64,000 nucleotides of DNA from Paraspadella gotoi (taxonomy: Eukaryota > Animalia > Chaetognatha), in NCBI GenBank assembly GCA_051294375.1, contig CM119269.1:19352901-19416900 (forward strand). Reading direction: 5' to 3'. Numbering within the stretch: position 1 is the stretch's first letter; every line of letters begins with the position of its first letter. Below, in pieces: positions 43,704-56,743 of this stretch. Made by a program: the position numbers and the translations under genes. Below the pieces are notes generated by a model, which was not told the origin of the DNA, ran no database searches, and saw only the letters and a list, made by a program, of their open reading frames with translations.

Positions 43704-46288
43704 CTTGATGTGCAGAGTAATTTTTCTAATGTTTTTTTCAAAAGCTGATGAAGACTCGAAACTAAAGAGTAGAAACATGTACTGTTTTATTAACAATAAA
43801 CTTGTTGTTTTGGCAATTCAATAAACTCTGTTAAATATTCGCTATAGCAACGAAAAGAGAGAAAAAACTATAATAAATGATAATCGAATAATAATTAAAC
43901 AATTATTATAAATGAAAGTTAATTTAATACAATAATACAATAGTGTCTCGCTTTTTCTAATAAAAAAATGAACGTGTGACCTTAAAATTCGAACGTTGGA
44001 GACTTCATATTTGCCACGTTGCGAATTACAGAAGAGAGAGAGAGAGAGAGAGAGATCATGGTAAAAATCTTTGACCAAAATATTTGGCCACTTGATCAGT
44101 GAGTGTCGTCCGCACATCCTCCCGGCGAGAGACACAGTTCCGGTTTGAAGTGTGGCTGATCTTTTACGCGCCAGGGTGGAGGGTGGAATTCTCTTGCTAG
44201 CAGGGATTTGGGAGTGATTTTGCTTACTCAAATAGCGCCGCTCATTGATGCCGCCGTAGTTTTAGCGATTCCTCTCTTTATGATCAAATTCGTCAACTAG
44301 AACAAAATCTCCATCGATCGAGAAATCTCTATTTATTCTCCAGCTCAGATCGACGATGTTTCATCGCCCTTTGCGTCTTCTCTAACAATAGAGCGAATAT
44401 CTCCGAGTACTCTGTGTCCGTTCGCGAGTGACACCAAGAAAAATCTTTCCTATACTTAAAATATTTGATAAATATAATTATAAGTATATCGTTAGTTGGA
44501 GAACTACTGGACGTTTTTTATGTATAAGTTTCATTTCATGTTTGATTCATTTACTATTCTATGTTAAATTTTTTATCTAACACAGTAAAATTGGCGAAAA
44601 AAGACTATTTTAGACCTGTTCTTGATTGCATTAAAGAAAAGTATTACATCATAAGAAATCCCTATTAATGGTCTAATCAATGACATATCTAAATTATAGT
44701 AATGTTTAAAAATTTTTGAGTGATGATTTTCTATTTATTTTTTATTTGTAAATCTTAAGTTTTCTTTGTGCAATTCTTCCAATTAGAAAAAAATGCTGTC
44801 CTGACCATGTTCTTGATCATTTTGAATAATTATTTTATATCATAAGGATTCCCAGTTAATGCTTCATTTAATGGTATAAATGAATTGCAACAATTTTAAG
44901 TAATTAATGAGTAATTAATTTATAATGACATTCATTTTTTAAAAGATCCAGTTTTTTACTGAAGATGAAATTGGATGACATTAAAGAAAGGTTATTTTAT
45001 ATATAAGTAAATATAAAATTAATTTTATGAAATTAAAATTTAATAAACATCTAGTACTTTGCTAAAGAATGAGAGAAGATGTTTTACTAAGAAACGGTTC
45101 TGTTTTCATTCGTTTTTATGACCAAATCTGAAAGTTATTTCTACGAGTTTCTAAACTATGTTTTTTTCCTATTTTCTCTCATTAAACATACATTTTGAGC
45201 ATCTTGTCAACTCATTTTTGGACGGGGGACGCTTGAACATTAGTTTCCGCGTGCGAGAAGATAAAATTCTTCTTCAGAGAGAGAGAGAGAAAGAAAGAAA
45301 GTAAGATAGAGAGAAAGAGAAAGAAAGAAAGAGAAATAAATCAATTGTATGACCGGTCAGGGGCTTTATTTATTTCTTTTTCTCGCTTATTTTCTTTAAT
45401 ATTGTTTATAAATCTTTATGTATTATTTTAAATAAATAAAATTTTTATTGCTTAACTGAGAAACAATTTTTTATTAAATAAAAATAAAACTAAAACTAAA
45501 ATTCGATGTCACGTGACCAATTTTCACCAATCACAGAGCGCAATTGATGATTTTTTTAGAAATTGTAAAATCTGCAGTGGATCCTGAATATTTTTTTGAA
45601 AATTATTATTGTGATATCAAATAAAACTACATTAGGTAAAGGAATCACCGACAGGCAACATATTTTGAAAAATTATATATGCATATGATCCGCCCTACTG
45701 TACAGTATAAAACCACTCTCTGTCAGTTATTTATTTGGTTGCCTTTTATAAAATTTGCTCGCTCACTTTCTTCAGTAATATCGAAGTTCAACCATTCCAG
45801 AAATTCTTAATAAAATAGTATGTAAACAAAAATCACGTTGATTGGACGAGCACAATCAATAACGAGGTAATTCCGATTGATAAACAAACAAATAAATAAT
45901 CGTGAAGAGGAGGAGTCGTCGCGCAAATCTTCTTCTTCATCTTGTTTTCGCGTCCACTTCCTCCTCCATCGGAGATTTCACGGATCCACGGTTTCTCTTC
46001 TCTTTTGTCAAGACGTATATTTTGTAGCTCTATATTATTTGCTATTTTTCTGGTCGTTTTCTTAATACACGCTTTTCTATCATTTTTCGAGGCCTTACTT
46101 CAGCCAGAGTCTCATTTCATGGATAAAGTATGTGCATATTAAAAAAAAACACATCTGGATCGTTATTTCATCTAATTATTTCATCATTCTTCGAATGAGA
46201 CCCATTTTTTTTCTCGCTCTCTTTTCCCGCCCCTCCTTACCTCCTCCTTCAAGCGCAGCCTCCTTCGTTCTCCCCTTCACCCACAGCG

Positions 46289-47022
46289 ATGCCCTCCTCG
46301 CAGCGTCTCGTCATCCGCGGTGGACGCGTCATCGACGCCTCTCGCGGCGTCGACGCTATCGGTGACGTTTTCGTCGTCGACGGGCGAATAGCGGCGCCTT
46401 TTGAGTCGACCACGGGGACGCCGGAGGTGGAAGAATTCGACGCGCGCGGCGCCATCGTGAGCCCCGGTTTTGTGGACATGCACGCCCACGTGATGAGACA
46501 CGCGACGCCTCTTGGCGTCGATCCGGACGTTTACTGCCTGAGCAACGGTCATCCTCGAGAGTGCTTTGTTTTCCATCATAATTATTAGCTTTGTTGAATT
46601 ATTGATCAAAATATATTTTTTATTATTTAAATTAATTTTATTGGATTTAAACCTACTGCATTCTCACACCCTAGGCGTTACCACAGTCATTGACGCCGGC
46701 AGCGTTGGCGCCGCCACGTTTCCGGCGCTGCGCCACTTTGTCGCGTCAACGTCAAAGACGCGGGTTCTGTGTTTCCTCCACGTCGCCTGCCACGGGCTGG
46801 CCGCCGCCGGCTGCTCTGGACCTGATTTTCCACCGGGTGAGACGAAGCAACTTTGTCGTCGTCGTCGTCGTCGTCGTCGTCTACAGTTGTGTTGTGTTGT
46901 GTTATGTTGTGTTTATGTTATGTTGTTGTCCATGCTTTATGTTGTTGTTTTCCTCTTAACCCAAATTTTTCATGAGGTTTTCTTACTATTTTCTCGTTTT
47001 CCATTTCGACGAATTTGACTCT

Positions 47023-47069
<47 letters not shown>

Positions 47070-48775
47070 ACACATGTACACACACAGGAGGCGAGAGTGA
47101 CCACCTCAACGCCCTCGACTCTAGATTTTGCGCCGAAATCGCGAAATCGAATCGAGATTTGGTTGTGGGAGTCAAAGTCCGTTTGGACAGAAGTCTCACG
47201 GACGGAGGAAGGATCGAGCGAGAAGTGTGAGGATTAAGTTTGAAAGTGTGAGGATTAAGTTTGAAAGTGTGAGGATTAAGTTCGAAAGTGTGAGGATTAA
47301 GTTTGAAAGTTGATTCTCTAAATATCGTAAATATGTCTTGTGTTGAAAGTTTTAAATATCGAAAAATTAACGTCTAAAAAAATGTTTGCCTGACCACGTA
47401 AAGACTGCAATGGATTTGATTGCTAATGTGAATGATTAAAACTTTCAATTTCGCCGTTCCAGATTCCGTCGGGCATGTCGGGCGGCCAAGATGGCCGAAC
47501 TTCCTCTGATGGTTCATCATACTTTTTCTGGGATCGAAATTCAACCAAAAAAATCCATCGACAAAAATGACGACAACGACGACGACAACAACGTTGGACT
47601 TCGAAAGGGTGACATCTATACTCATTGTTTCAGTTCCTTCGCCGGTCGCGACGCCTGCTCCATCGTTGATCTGGAAAAGGGAACGATCCGCCATTGGGCT
47701 CGGAGGTTTGCCCTTGCGGGAGGGTTTGATGGTAAAGCGGGAGTAAGGGGATGGAGTCGTGGATATTCTAAGGTTTGGTAAAAGATAGAGAACTTTCTTT
47801 CTGTACCCTGCGGTCTCATTCTAATTCAAAACGCAATCCTTTTCGGAATTTTATACAGAAATACACACATCATACATACGTACAAAAAAAAAATAACAAC
47901 AACAAATGCCTTCTTTTTTATGGTTTTTTAATTACATTTTGTAGCATAAAAGAAATTGTTCATTCCCTTTTTTCACTTCCTCCCTTTTTCGTCTTTTCTT
48001 GTTCTTTCTCTTTCTCTTTCAATTATTCATTCCCTTTTTTCACTTCCTCCTTCTCCATCCCTTTTTCATCTTTTTCCTCCTGTCAAAGTCTTCGTGAATC
48101 CGGGGTCCTCTTCGATCTCGGCCACGGTCTCGGCTCATTTTCCTGGGACGTCGCCGAGACGGCCGTCCGCGCTGGATTTCTGCCGGACGTCGTCAGCTCG
48201 GATCTTCACGCCGAAAGCCTCGTCGCCGGGAGCAGCGGCGGGAGCGGCGGAAGCGGCAGAGGCGCTGGCGGTTTGTGTCGCGTCATGTCCAAACTGATGG
48301 TGGCTGGAATGACTTTGGAGCAGGCACGTAAAAGTAAAAATAGAAAAGTGTAGTTGACTCAATTGGTCGTTTGTTGTTATTGTTGTCATCGTCACTAGAG
48401 CTGCTACAAAAGTATTAATTAAGAAATAAGAAACAATTGCGACAGCAACAACAACAGCAACGATGAAGATAACGAAAAAATCAACAATGCAACGTAGAGA
48501 ACCTCAGCAATTGATTAAAACAATCGTAGGAACAACAAGTTTAATTTTTCATGGGAATTATTCAGGTCTTGGAACGTGTGACGATGGCGCCGGCGCTGGC
48601 GTCGCGCACTAGTCACGTGACCGGAAGTTTGTCGGTAGGACGCGAGGCCGACATCGTGGTCTTCAAAGTCGACGAAACCGACGAAGAAATCGAGGATTCG
48701 TCGGGGAAGAAGAGGAGGATGAGGAAGACGATCAGGCCAATCACCGTTTGGAGGAAAGGAGAGAGAGTGATGTGA
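46289..48775 (+). CDS. Metal-dependent amidohydrolase/deacetylase, Atu3266/EF_0837 (dihydroorotase-like) family, 6 exons
   Basis: Exons 46289-46547, 46675-46836, 47088-47226, 47463-47705, 48089-48323 (GC donor), 48566-48775. Motifs PGFVDMHAH, GVTTVIDAGS, VVGVKVR, PLMVH, GDIYTHCF, GVLFDLGHG.GSF, PDVVSSDLH, GSLSVGREADIVV. Confidence 0.92.
47222..47310 (+). repeat. 21-bp tandem repeat x4 (GAAAGTGTGAGGATTAAGTTT) starting at an exon/intron boundary
   Basis: Read directly from the sequence. Confidence 0.95.
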
Positions 48776-50476
48776 AGTTGACGGGAGGCAGTTGGAGGGT
48801 GATATGAAGATAGGAAATAGTAAAATGTAAAAGGAGAGAAAAGAAAAAGGACAAGGCTCGGGGCAAGAAGTAACATGATGAGCTTAGGTTATTTGGAAAG
48901 CCTGAATAAAGTGAATATAAGTTTTTTTTTATTGAAAATGTTTAATAAAGACTGTTTTACGACCTCATAATAATTTTAATCGTAAGTTTAGATAACATAA
49001 TCATAAACTGTAACAGTGTAAAAGACTAAAACAAGTAAAAACTAAACTACGCTTTGAAATTCAATAAAAACAAAAGACACTAACTTTTTATATATACAAC
49101 ATCTTGTACCGTTCAAAAATTCTAGAACCGCTTGATAGTAAATTTCATATAACTTTTGATGTTGAAAATTTCAAAATTCGATCGAAATAAAAGAATTCGA
49201 AAAGGGAATGAAATTTTATGCCGGTAATATTATTTACATTTATGAAATTCAAGTAAAATCAGGATGCCATCCCCTGAGGAGACAACCGTCGACGTGACCG
49301 TAAAAAATCGGTTGAGGACGATCCTGCCGAGAAAAAAAATGTGGTCTTAATCGATTTCGAAAGTCTCTAAAATATCCTTCTGGTCCAATCCTTCACGTCC
49401 CCGTCTTTCCCGTCGCCCTTGGTAGTTTTACAGACCATCTAAAGCTAGCTATCGGACATTTTGTCTTTCATCAATTTTCGGGCAATATTTTTTTTTGTCT
49501 CTCGAAAATAAACTACTAAAGAAAACCGTGCAATGAAGAGAGGTATTCTGATTATGACATGGTTGTTTCTGACAGAAAATGCTTGTATATTAATTTGTAT
49601 TTTAGTTTTGATATTTTCTTTTTTTTTTTAAACAGATTTTATTGTTGCTTTACAAAAATCACAATAAATTATTTAAAATATTAATTATTGGGATTCTTGC
49701 ACTAAGCATTGCTTATCTTTTTCATATGATTTTAAAAAAACGATAAAACGATACGTTTACGACGATTTAACTTTTATTGATGTCGTGGCTTATTTGCATT
49801 TAGCAGTATTAGAGTTTAAAGGATTTAGATATCAGGTACCTCAATTATCAACTTCACAAGAAATTTTTTTAATGTAAAACAATGTAAATAATTTCATTAT
49901 AATTATACTGCCCTATCGACATTGGTTTGAAAAATATTTTACGAAGAAATATTTGGAAAAAATGGTATTAAGGAACAACTGTGCTTTAATGAAACAGGAA
50001 ATATCGCAAAAAAATTACCTAATTATTTTTTTCAGCTATGATAATTACATTATGAGAATAAGGTAAGTTCATATAAATATCAATTAAATTTTTCTACAAA
50101 TATAACAATTGAAAAATTTGAGGATTCACCACACTATGGGTGATCAAGCGACTTCAAATGTTTGTGATTTTGTTTATCACTTGCATACTAACTATTACCT
50201 AAAATGTTTCAGTATTACCCAGCATTTTAACTGTGCTTGATTTCTTTTAAAAAGTATAGATCTTTTCTGATAAGTAGATAGCCTCTTTTTTCGTAATAAT
50301 TCATGTTACTCTTTGTGAACGCCTAAAATCCCCTTTTAAAAGTTTTATGTTTATTTTTAAAGATTTTTATCATTTACTATCCTAGCTATTTATTAAGAGA
50401 ATAAACTTCGAAATGTTGGTTTTTTTAACTCAGTTCAAGGACTTGATAAACTTTAACCGAAACAGTCAAACAACGA

Positions 50477-50581
<105 letters not shown>

Positions 50582-50702
50582 GCTAACTAAACAGATTAAA
50601 CCTTCACGCAGTGAAATTCGAAAAAAATCGGTTTTATTTTTCGTTTTCGCTGGTTCTTTGGTTTTTGACAAAGTAAAAACAAAAAATAAAACAAAAGTCG
50701 CC

Positions 50703-53700
50703 ATGGACTCGGAGGTTCACGTTCTCGACTACATTTTGTTTGCGGCGATGCTGATCGTATCTACAGGAATAGGGGTCTACCATGGGTGAGTGGCGTCGCA
50801 ATCGCAACAGGTGGCAAGTCATGTCAATTCTTTTGCTATATGGCCGAACGACGATCGGACAATAAGAAAGTGATTTAGTTGTTGTTCACAGTTGTCTTAT
50901 GGAATAGTATCCTTTAAACGGAGATTAAAAATATGGAAAAATTGTGCGAAATAGTGACGAGTAAAAACTTAAGGCTCCCCTGAACTTAAGAGCATTTCTC
51001 GCGACCAGATTCAAAGAGGCCACCTGACGTTGGCCCCTTGGTTAGTAACACAGGGATTATTTTTCTTGCTATACCAGACACGCGAGAGCTAGTACATTGT
51101 TACAATGTACAATATCTTCAACCCCAATCCCTCTGTCGGGTTTTATCTCTTCTCTATACCAATGTAGAATAGCGATATTTGAATGCTATTTCCTCACTTG
51201 CTTCTCCATCACGCCACAGCTGCACCGGCGGAAAGAATCGCAGTAACGAGGAATTCCTGATGGCCAATCGATCTATGGGAGTCTTTCCGGTCACGTGCTC
51301 GATGATCGCCACCTACATTTCTGCTATTCTAGTGTTGGGAACGCCGGCTGAAGTGAGAATTTTTTTTTTTTTTTTTTAACGTTTGAGGTTTCTATCAATC
51401 ATTCATAGATTTGTGAGCGAGTTTGTTAACACTCAATTTCCTATTAATTAATTTTATCATTAAATTTAATTTTCTATTTCCTTCAATAATTTTTTTTCTT
51501 CGAATGTTACATTCACATAGTCTAATCTCTTCCCTTTCCTTTTCTTTTTTTTCGGTTTATCTTAGCAACACCGTTTCCCATTTTGAAATCCGCTGTCCTC
51601 AGGTCTTCAGTCGCGGGACTGCGTATCCCGTTTACATCGCAGTGGCGCTGATCGTCGCCGCCGTCTGCACCGCCTTTATCTTCGTCCCCGTGATGTTCAA
51701 TTTGCGTCTCGTCTCCATCTACGAGTATCTCGAGATCAGGTCGCCAATATTATTTTAGCGATTTTTCATATTGTAAATAAATATACCATTAAATGGTTTG
51801 AGCCCTCGTTAGTTACTTATAGTAATGCAAAATATTACAACGTAAATACAAAAATGTTTATGAAATTATTACGGACCGAGTTTCTGCAAATGACTTTAAA
51901 ATGTTTTTTGTTTATATTCTCTTGACAAATGCCAAAAAAACGCGTAAAAATAAGGTGTCTTTGTGAATTTATATCTTATAGTACCTTAAGATGACAGAGT
52001 TGTTCGAAACTATATTGGCATATGCCTATAATGGCTTTGGAACAGTCAATTCGATTGACTTCGTTTCCAAACTCTCAATCACTTTTGCTCTTCGATGAAC
52101 CACCATCCTCTACAGATATCAACACCACCTTCCCCGCATCGTCGGCAGTTTTCTCTTCTGTCTCGAGACGGCGCTTTATCTCGGCATCGCCCTCTATGCT
52201 CCGGCCACTGCGGTGGAGGTGAGAGAGGGTTGGGGAATTGACAAATTGACGGATGGTCATTTGTCGAGAAATTTTCTTTTTACAGTCTTGAAGCTTTAGA
52301 CAGCTGAAACAAGAAAAAATTGTGTAAAACTAATTCAAATAGCCCGTATAATAGGGCACCTAAGAAAGATAGGTTTAACGGACAAAACTTAAAGTAAAAT
52401 GTATGGAAAATTGCAAAATAATTGTTTTACTATATTAGACTCGAATAGATTAAATTTTACTTTTCGTGTATATAAAGGAGTCTAGCGCTATCAAAAATCG
52501 AGTCTCACAAATATCATTTGATCAACCCTCGCCAAACTACTTCTTTTCCTGACTTTTAACCGAACGTCGAAAGGCAGTGATGGGAATCGATCTCTGGATC
52601 TCGCTCGTCTGCGTCGGTGGACTCTGCACTTTCTACACTTCCTTTGGAGTGACAGTGAGAAAAGATAGATCAAAGGGGATATCAAAAAACGACAAATGAA
52701 CATCTCACTTTCGATTTGTTCCAGGGATGAAGGCTGTGATGTGGACGGACGTGTTTCAGATCGTCACGGTTCTCACGGGACTCGTCGCCGTCCTCGTCGT
52801 CGTCTCTATCAAGGTTCGGCAACAACATCAGCAACAACAGCCCTTCAAAACAGAACCACTTAAAACTTATGAAACAAATCTAAAAGTGTCAAAAAATATA
52901 ACAAATAAAAACGGCAGCTACAGCTATTAACACCACAGGCCAGAATCAAGAGCAAACACAAAATTGAACCCACCTCGCAGTTCGGAGGCTTCTCCGCATC
53001 TGGGAATACGCCGACCACGGAGGACGAATCGATTGGGGAAACGTGGAGGCCATTGCTACCGACTACACAGTCTGGTCTATGCTGCTGGGAAATTGGGTCA
53101 TGTGGTTCGCCAGGTTCGAAAATGAAATCTTCTCGAATCAACTGTTCGACAAGTTTATTTCTTTTAAGATAATTCCATGATAGGTAGAAAGGGCCCAGAT
53201 TGATTTTTTACTTTTAAATTTTAAAATTACATAAAATATTGAAAAGCATTTTTTGACTTTTTGAGAACGTTAAAATAAAATGTGACAGATACGCGGCCAA
53301 CCAATCAGGGTCTCAACGATTTCTCACCATGAGGTCCGTTCGCGAGGCGCAAATCGCCACCATGTTAAACGCCCCAGGTGATTCATCGATCGGTTGATAT
53401 TATTGTTAATTAAAAGAATTAAACAATATTGCATAGTGGGCCTAGCCCAGGTTCACCCCGCCAACGACAGTGTTTCTTTTTCTCCAGGGGCTGGATTTTT
53501 GTTCCTTTTGGCGGGTTCTTGCGGCATCGCCATCTATAGAGTCTACGGAAACTGCGACCCGCTGCTCACAGGTTAAAATGCTTTCGACGTCTGCAACTAC
53601 AACGACCTCTCTCGGTTAACATTAAAAACATAAACATTAAAAACATATAAACATATAAACATATAAACGTTTCAAGTTGTCCGTATGTCCAGGTGACATA

Positions 53701-55153
53701 GAGAACGGGAATCAATACATGCCGAAGATGATTAAAGAGGTGTTGGCTCTTCCTGGTCTCACGGGCCTTTTCGTCGCCACGCTTTTCGCGGGTTAATTTT
53801 ATTCATTTAATTTTTTTTTTTTTGGTACGATTTGCTATTTATTGTTTAAACTCAAACTTCCGAAAACATTATCAGGGGCGCTGTCGACTGTCTCCTCCGG
53901 GCTCAACTCCATCGCCGCCGTGATATGGACGGACGTGTTGGCGAGGTATTGCAGTCGCTCTGTTACGCAGCACTCAGCCGCCGTTACGAAGGTTATATTT
54001 AAATTTAAAATGTGATGTTCATAATCATAATTTGGTGGAAGGTTGAGAAGTGAGAGATCGAAGGATGTGATTGGGAGAAAGAAGTTGCAACGTTTATGAA
54101 GGGAAAACTTTCATCCTTCATCGACCTCGGTAACGATCGACCGAAGTGGGTGGAGGAGAACATTATCATATCATATCACATCCTTCGATCTCTCACTTCT
54201 CAACCTTCCACCAAAGGGCCTGGCGGCGGCTTTCGGCGTCTTCGGCGTCGCTCTCGCCTTCATTGTTCAGTTCCTGGGATCCAACGTCGTCCAAGCGACT
54301 TTTTCGGTCATCGGAATCACGACTGGTCCGTCGCTCGGCCTCTTCCTCCTCGGGCTGCTAACCACGAGGGCCAATTGGCTCGGTGCCACGGCAGGTAGTC
54401 TATGTTGTCGTCGTCTTTGTCCTTGAATCGTAAGGCTCAGATGTCCTGTTCGCGCCCCTCTTGTCGGACAATACAAGCAATCATACTGTTTTTGTTAATG
54501 TTATTGTTTATGTTATTGTTTATGAATTCGATTTTTGTTATCACCAGGTGCCCTCTTCGCCTTGTGCATTACCGGTTGGCTCAGCGTGGGCAAGTTTATC
54601 TACGCAGTCCCGGTGATCAAATATTACTATCTCACAATGAAGTTAAGCCATGTTATTTACTCAACTTTCCTCTTCCTCCAGGACATAAATCTGAACACGA
54701 CGGTGACGAACTGTAGCCATTTGGGAAACGTTTCCATGGCGACGGTCGCGCCGAAGTATGTGACTCCGTTGGACGAAATTCCTTACTCTTACAGGTTGGA
54801 AAGAAGAAAAAAACTTGAATAAAAAAATACTAAAGATTTAATTTCTCTACTCTTTAAACAGAATTAACTATTTATGGTGGGGGCCCATGGGCCTCTTCAT
54901 CACCTTCGCCGGTGGATACCTGTTCTCCGCGGCGCTGCAGCGGTTTCTCCGCCCGGCGCCGGTGAAGTCCGAACTTCTGGCGCCGGTCACCCGAATGTTG
55001 TTAAGGAGGAACAAGACCACGGACGAAAATGAGAGGGAAGAGGACGAAGATGAAGAGAAGAAGAAGAACGAAGAGATTAAAAGCACAGGTCGAGATTACG
55101 AAAATCAAGTCTTTGAGCTCGACGACGAAATGAAAGGGAAGCCGAGAAACTGA
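50703..55153 (+). CDS. SLC5 sodium/solute symporter (NIS/SMVT/SMCT, SLC5A5/6/8/12-like), ~15 exons
   Basis: MDSEVHVLDYILFAAMLIVSTGIGVYHG, EEFLMANRSM, ISAILVLGTPAE, SIYEYLEIR, GIALYAPA, GGMKAVMWTDVFQ, NCDPLLTG, PGLTGLFVATLFAGALSTVSSGLNS, GPSLGLFLLG. Compensating indels in exon 52981-53112 look like sequencing errors. Confidence 0.93.
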
Positions 55154-55394
55154 AGAACGCATTTCCTAAACATCACTGTTAAATTCGCCTTTAAATTGCC
55201 GCTAATTTTTGAGACGAATCAAAGTTGAAATCGTACTCAAAACTTTGAAAATTTATCCATTAAATTTATATTTTAGATGTGGGCGTTTTTTATTTTTCAT
55301 GTTTTGTTCTCTTCTACTGTATATTCCTCGCTGAAAGATAATTTCTTTGAACGTATTAAGTCTGCTTCTTCAAGGACTGTTTGTCGTCGTCTTT

Positions 55395-55898
55395 GGGCAC
55401 ACTTTTCCCAGAGCGCCCCCTTTCGACTTGTTTATGCCAGAATTTAATTTTAATTTTAATATTTAATCTATATATATTTTTAAACTTTATATGATAATCC
55501 TTTCTTTTCGTTGTAAATGATTTAGAGAAAAACAAAGTTTTATTAGTTTATTAGGCTTGAAAACCAAAGCCGAAACATGTCTGTTTTCCAATAAAAACAA
55601 ATTCGTTGAAACTAATAAAACTTTGTTTTTCTCTAAATTTTTAAACTTATAAAAAAACCCTAACCCTAATCCCTAACCCTTAACCTTTATCTTTAATTTA
55701 TAACCTTAACCTTTAACCCTTATTGCTAGTCCCATACCCTAATCCCTAACCTTAATTAAAAACCAATTCCCTAACCTTATCTACTAACCTTTTCCCTAAT
55801 CTAATCCCTAATCCTAACCTCTAACCTAATCTTTAAGTATAAAAATTAAATTAATTCCGAATTAAAGATAAAATGGGGCGTTCTGGGAAAATAAGGCC
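55395..55898. mobile_element. Non-autonomous element with inverted ends and internal degenerate (CCCTAA)n; nested Penelope fold-back remnant 55521-55640
   Basis: TTTCCCAGAGCGCCCC (~55404) versus GGGGCGTTCTGGGAAA (55875); CCTAAC-rich tract 55657-55830. Related end and TTAGGG-like tract at ~9783-9955. Confidence 0.5.
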
Positions 55899-56743
55899 AA
55901 AATGTTTTTTCCTACAAATTAAATTTAATACTTACTTCAAATATGTTAAATTTTGTATTCATCTTAAAATTTAGTCTAATTTAGTTTAATATAGTAAAAC
56001 AAGTACTTTTGAATTTTTTTATTTAAAAATATACTACACAATAAATTTTTTTATCAAGTTATGAGTTATAATTACTTTATATTTCAAAGAGACACAAAAA
56101 CCTGCGTATCCATAACATTACATACATTAAGCAGTTTTATAGCTAAAATCACCAAGATGAAGCAGAAAATTGTTTTGATTAATCATCACATAATTGTAAA
56201 ATGTTAAAGTTTTCAAAAGGATAGGCATCTTTTAAAGCGTAAGAATAAAATTCCGCCAGTGAACATTAATTTATAAAAAAAAATTTTAGGTCTTTTAATT
56301 TTGGTAGGACAAAGTTAACATTTCAAAATATTTTTTTTTAAATGTGATGGCAGATTTGAATTCATTGTCATAAATATAAAATACTTTTAAAAATTATTTC
56401 ATTAAGTGGGTTAAAAAAAACTGTTTAAAATGTAAAATTTAATTAGCTTAAACTCTAGATTTTTCTAATTTTTGACCAACTAAATTTATTGATTGTCAAA
56501 CCGCTGATGAAGGCTCTAACATGTCCAAATTATTGTCTCATACAATTCGTTGAAAAAAAAAAAAATCATAATTGTTTTTCGCCAAAAGAACAAATAAATG
56601 AAATAATTTTTTAAAAATTATTTATTTTTCAACGAACAGAGCGAGAGAGAGACGAGGAAAAAAAAATAAAGAAAGGAAGGAAGGAAGGAAGGAAGGAAGG
56701 AAGGAAGGAAGGAAGGAAGGAAGGAAGGAGAGAGACCTCGGCC

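Noticed and set aside
44060-44450. GC-richer island upstream of the dispanin gene
   Set aside because: The frames I tested contain stops and no recognisable motif; may be UTR or repeat.
49260-49440. Exon-like GC island between the amidohydrolase and SLC5 genes
   Set aside because: Only a ~23-codon frame on the minus strand, with no partner exons or homology.
52981-53112. Frameshifts suggesting the SLC5 gene (and the MACPF copies) are pseudogenes
   Set aside because: The other exons look intact, and indels differ between near-identical palindrome arms, pointing to long-read errors.
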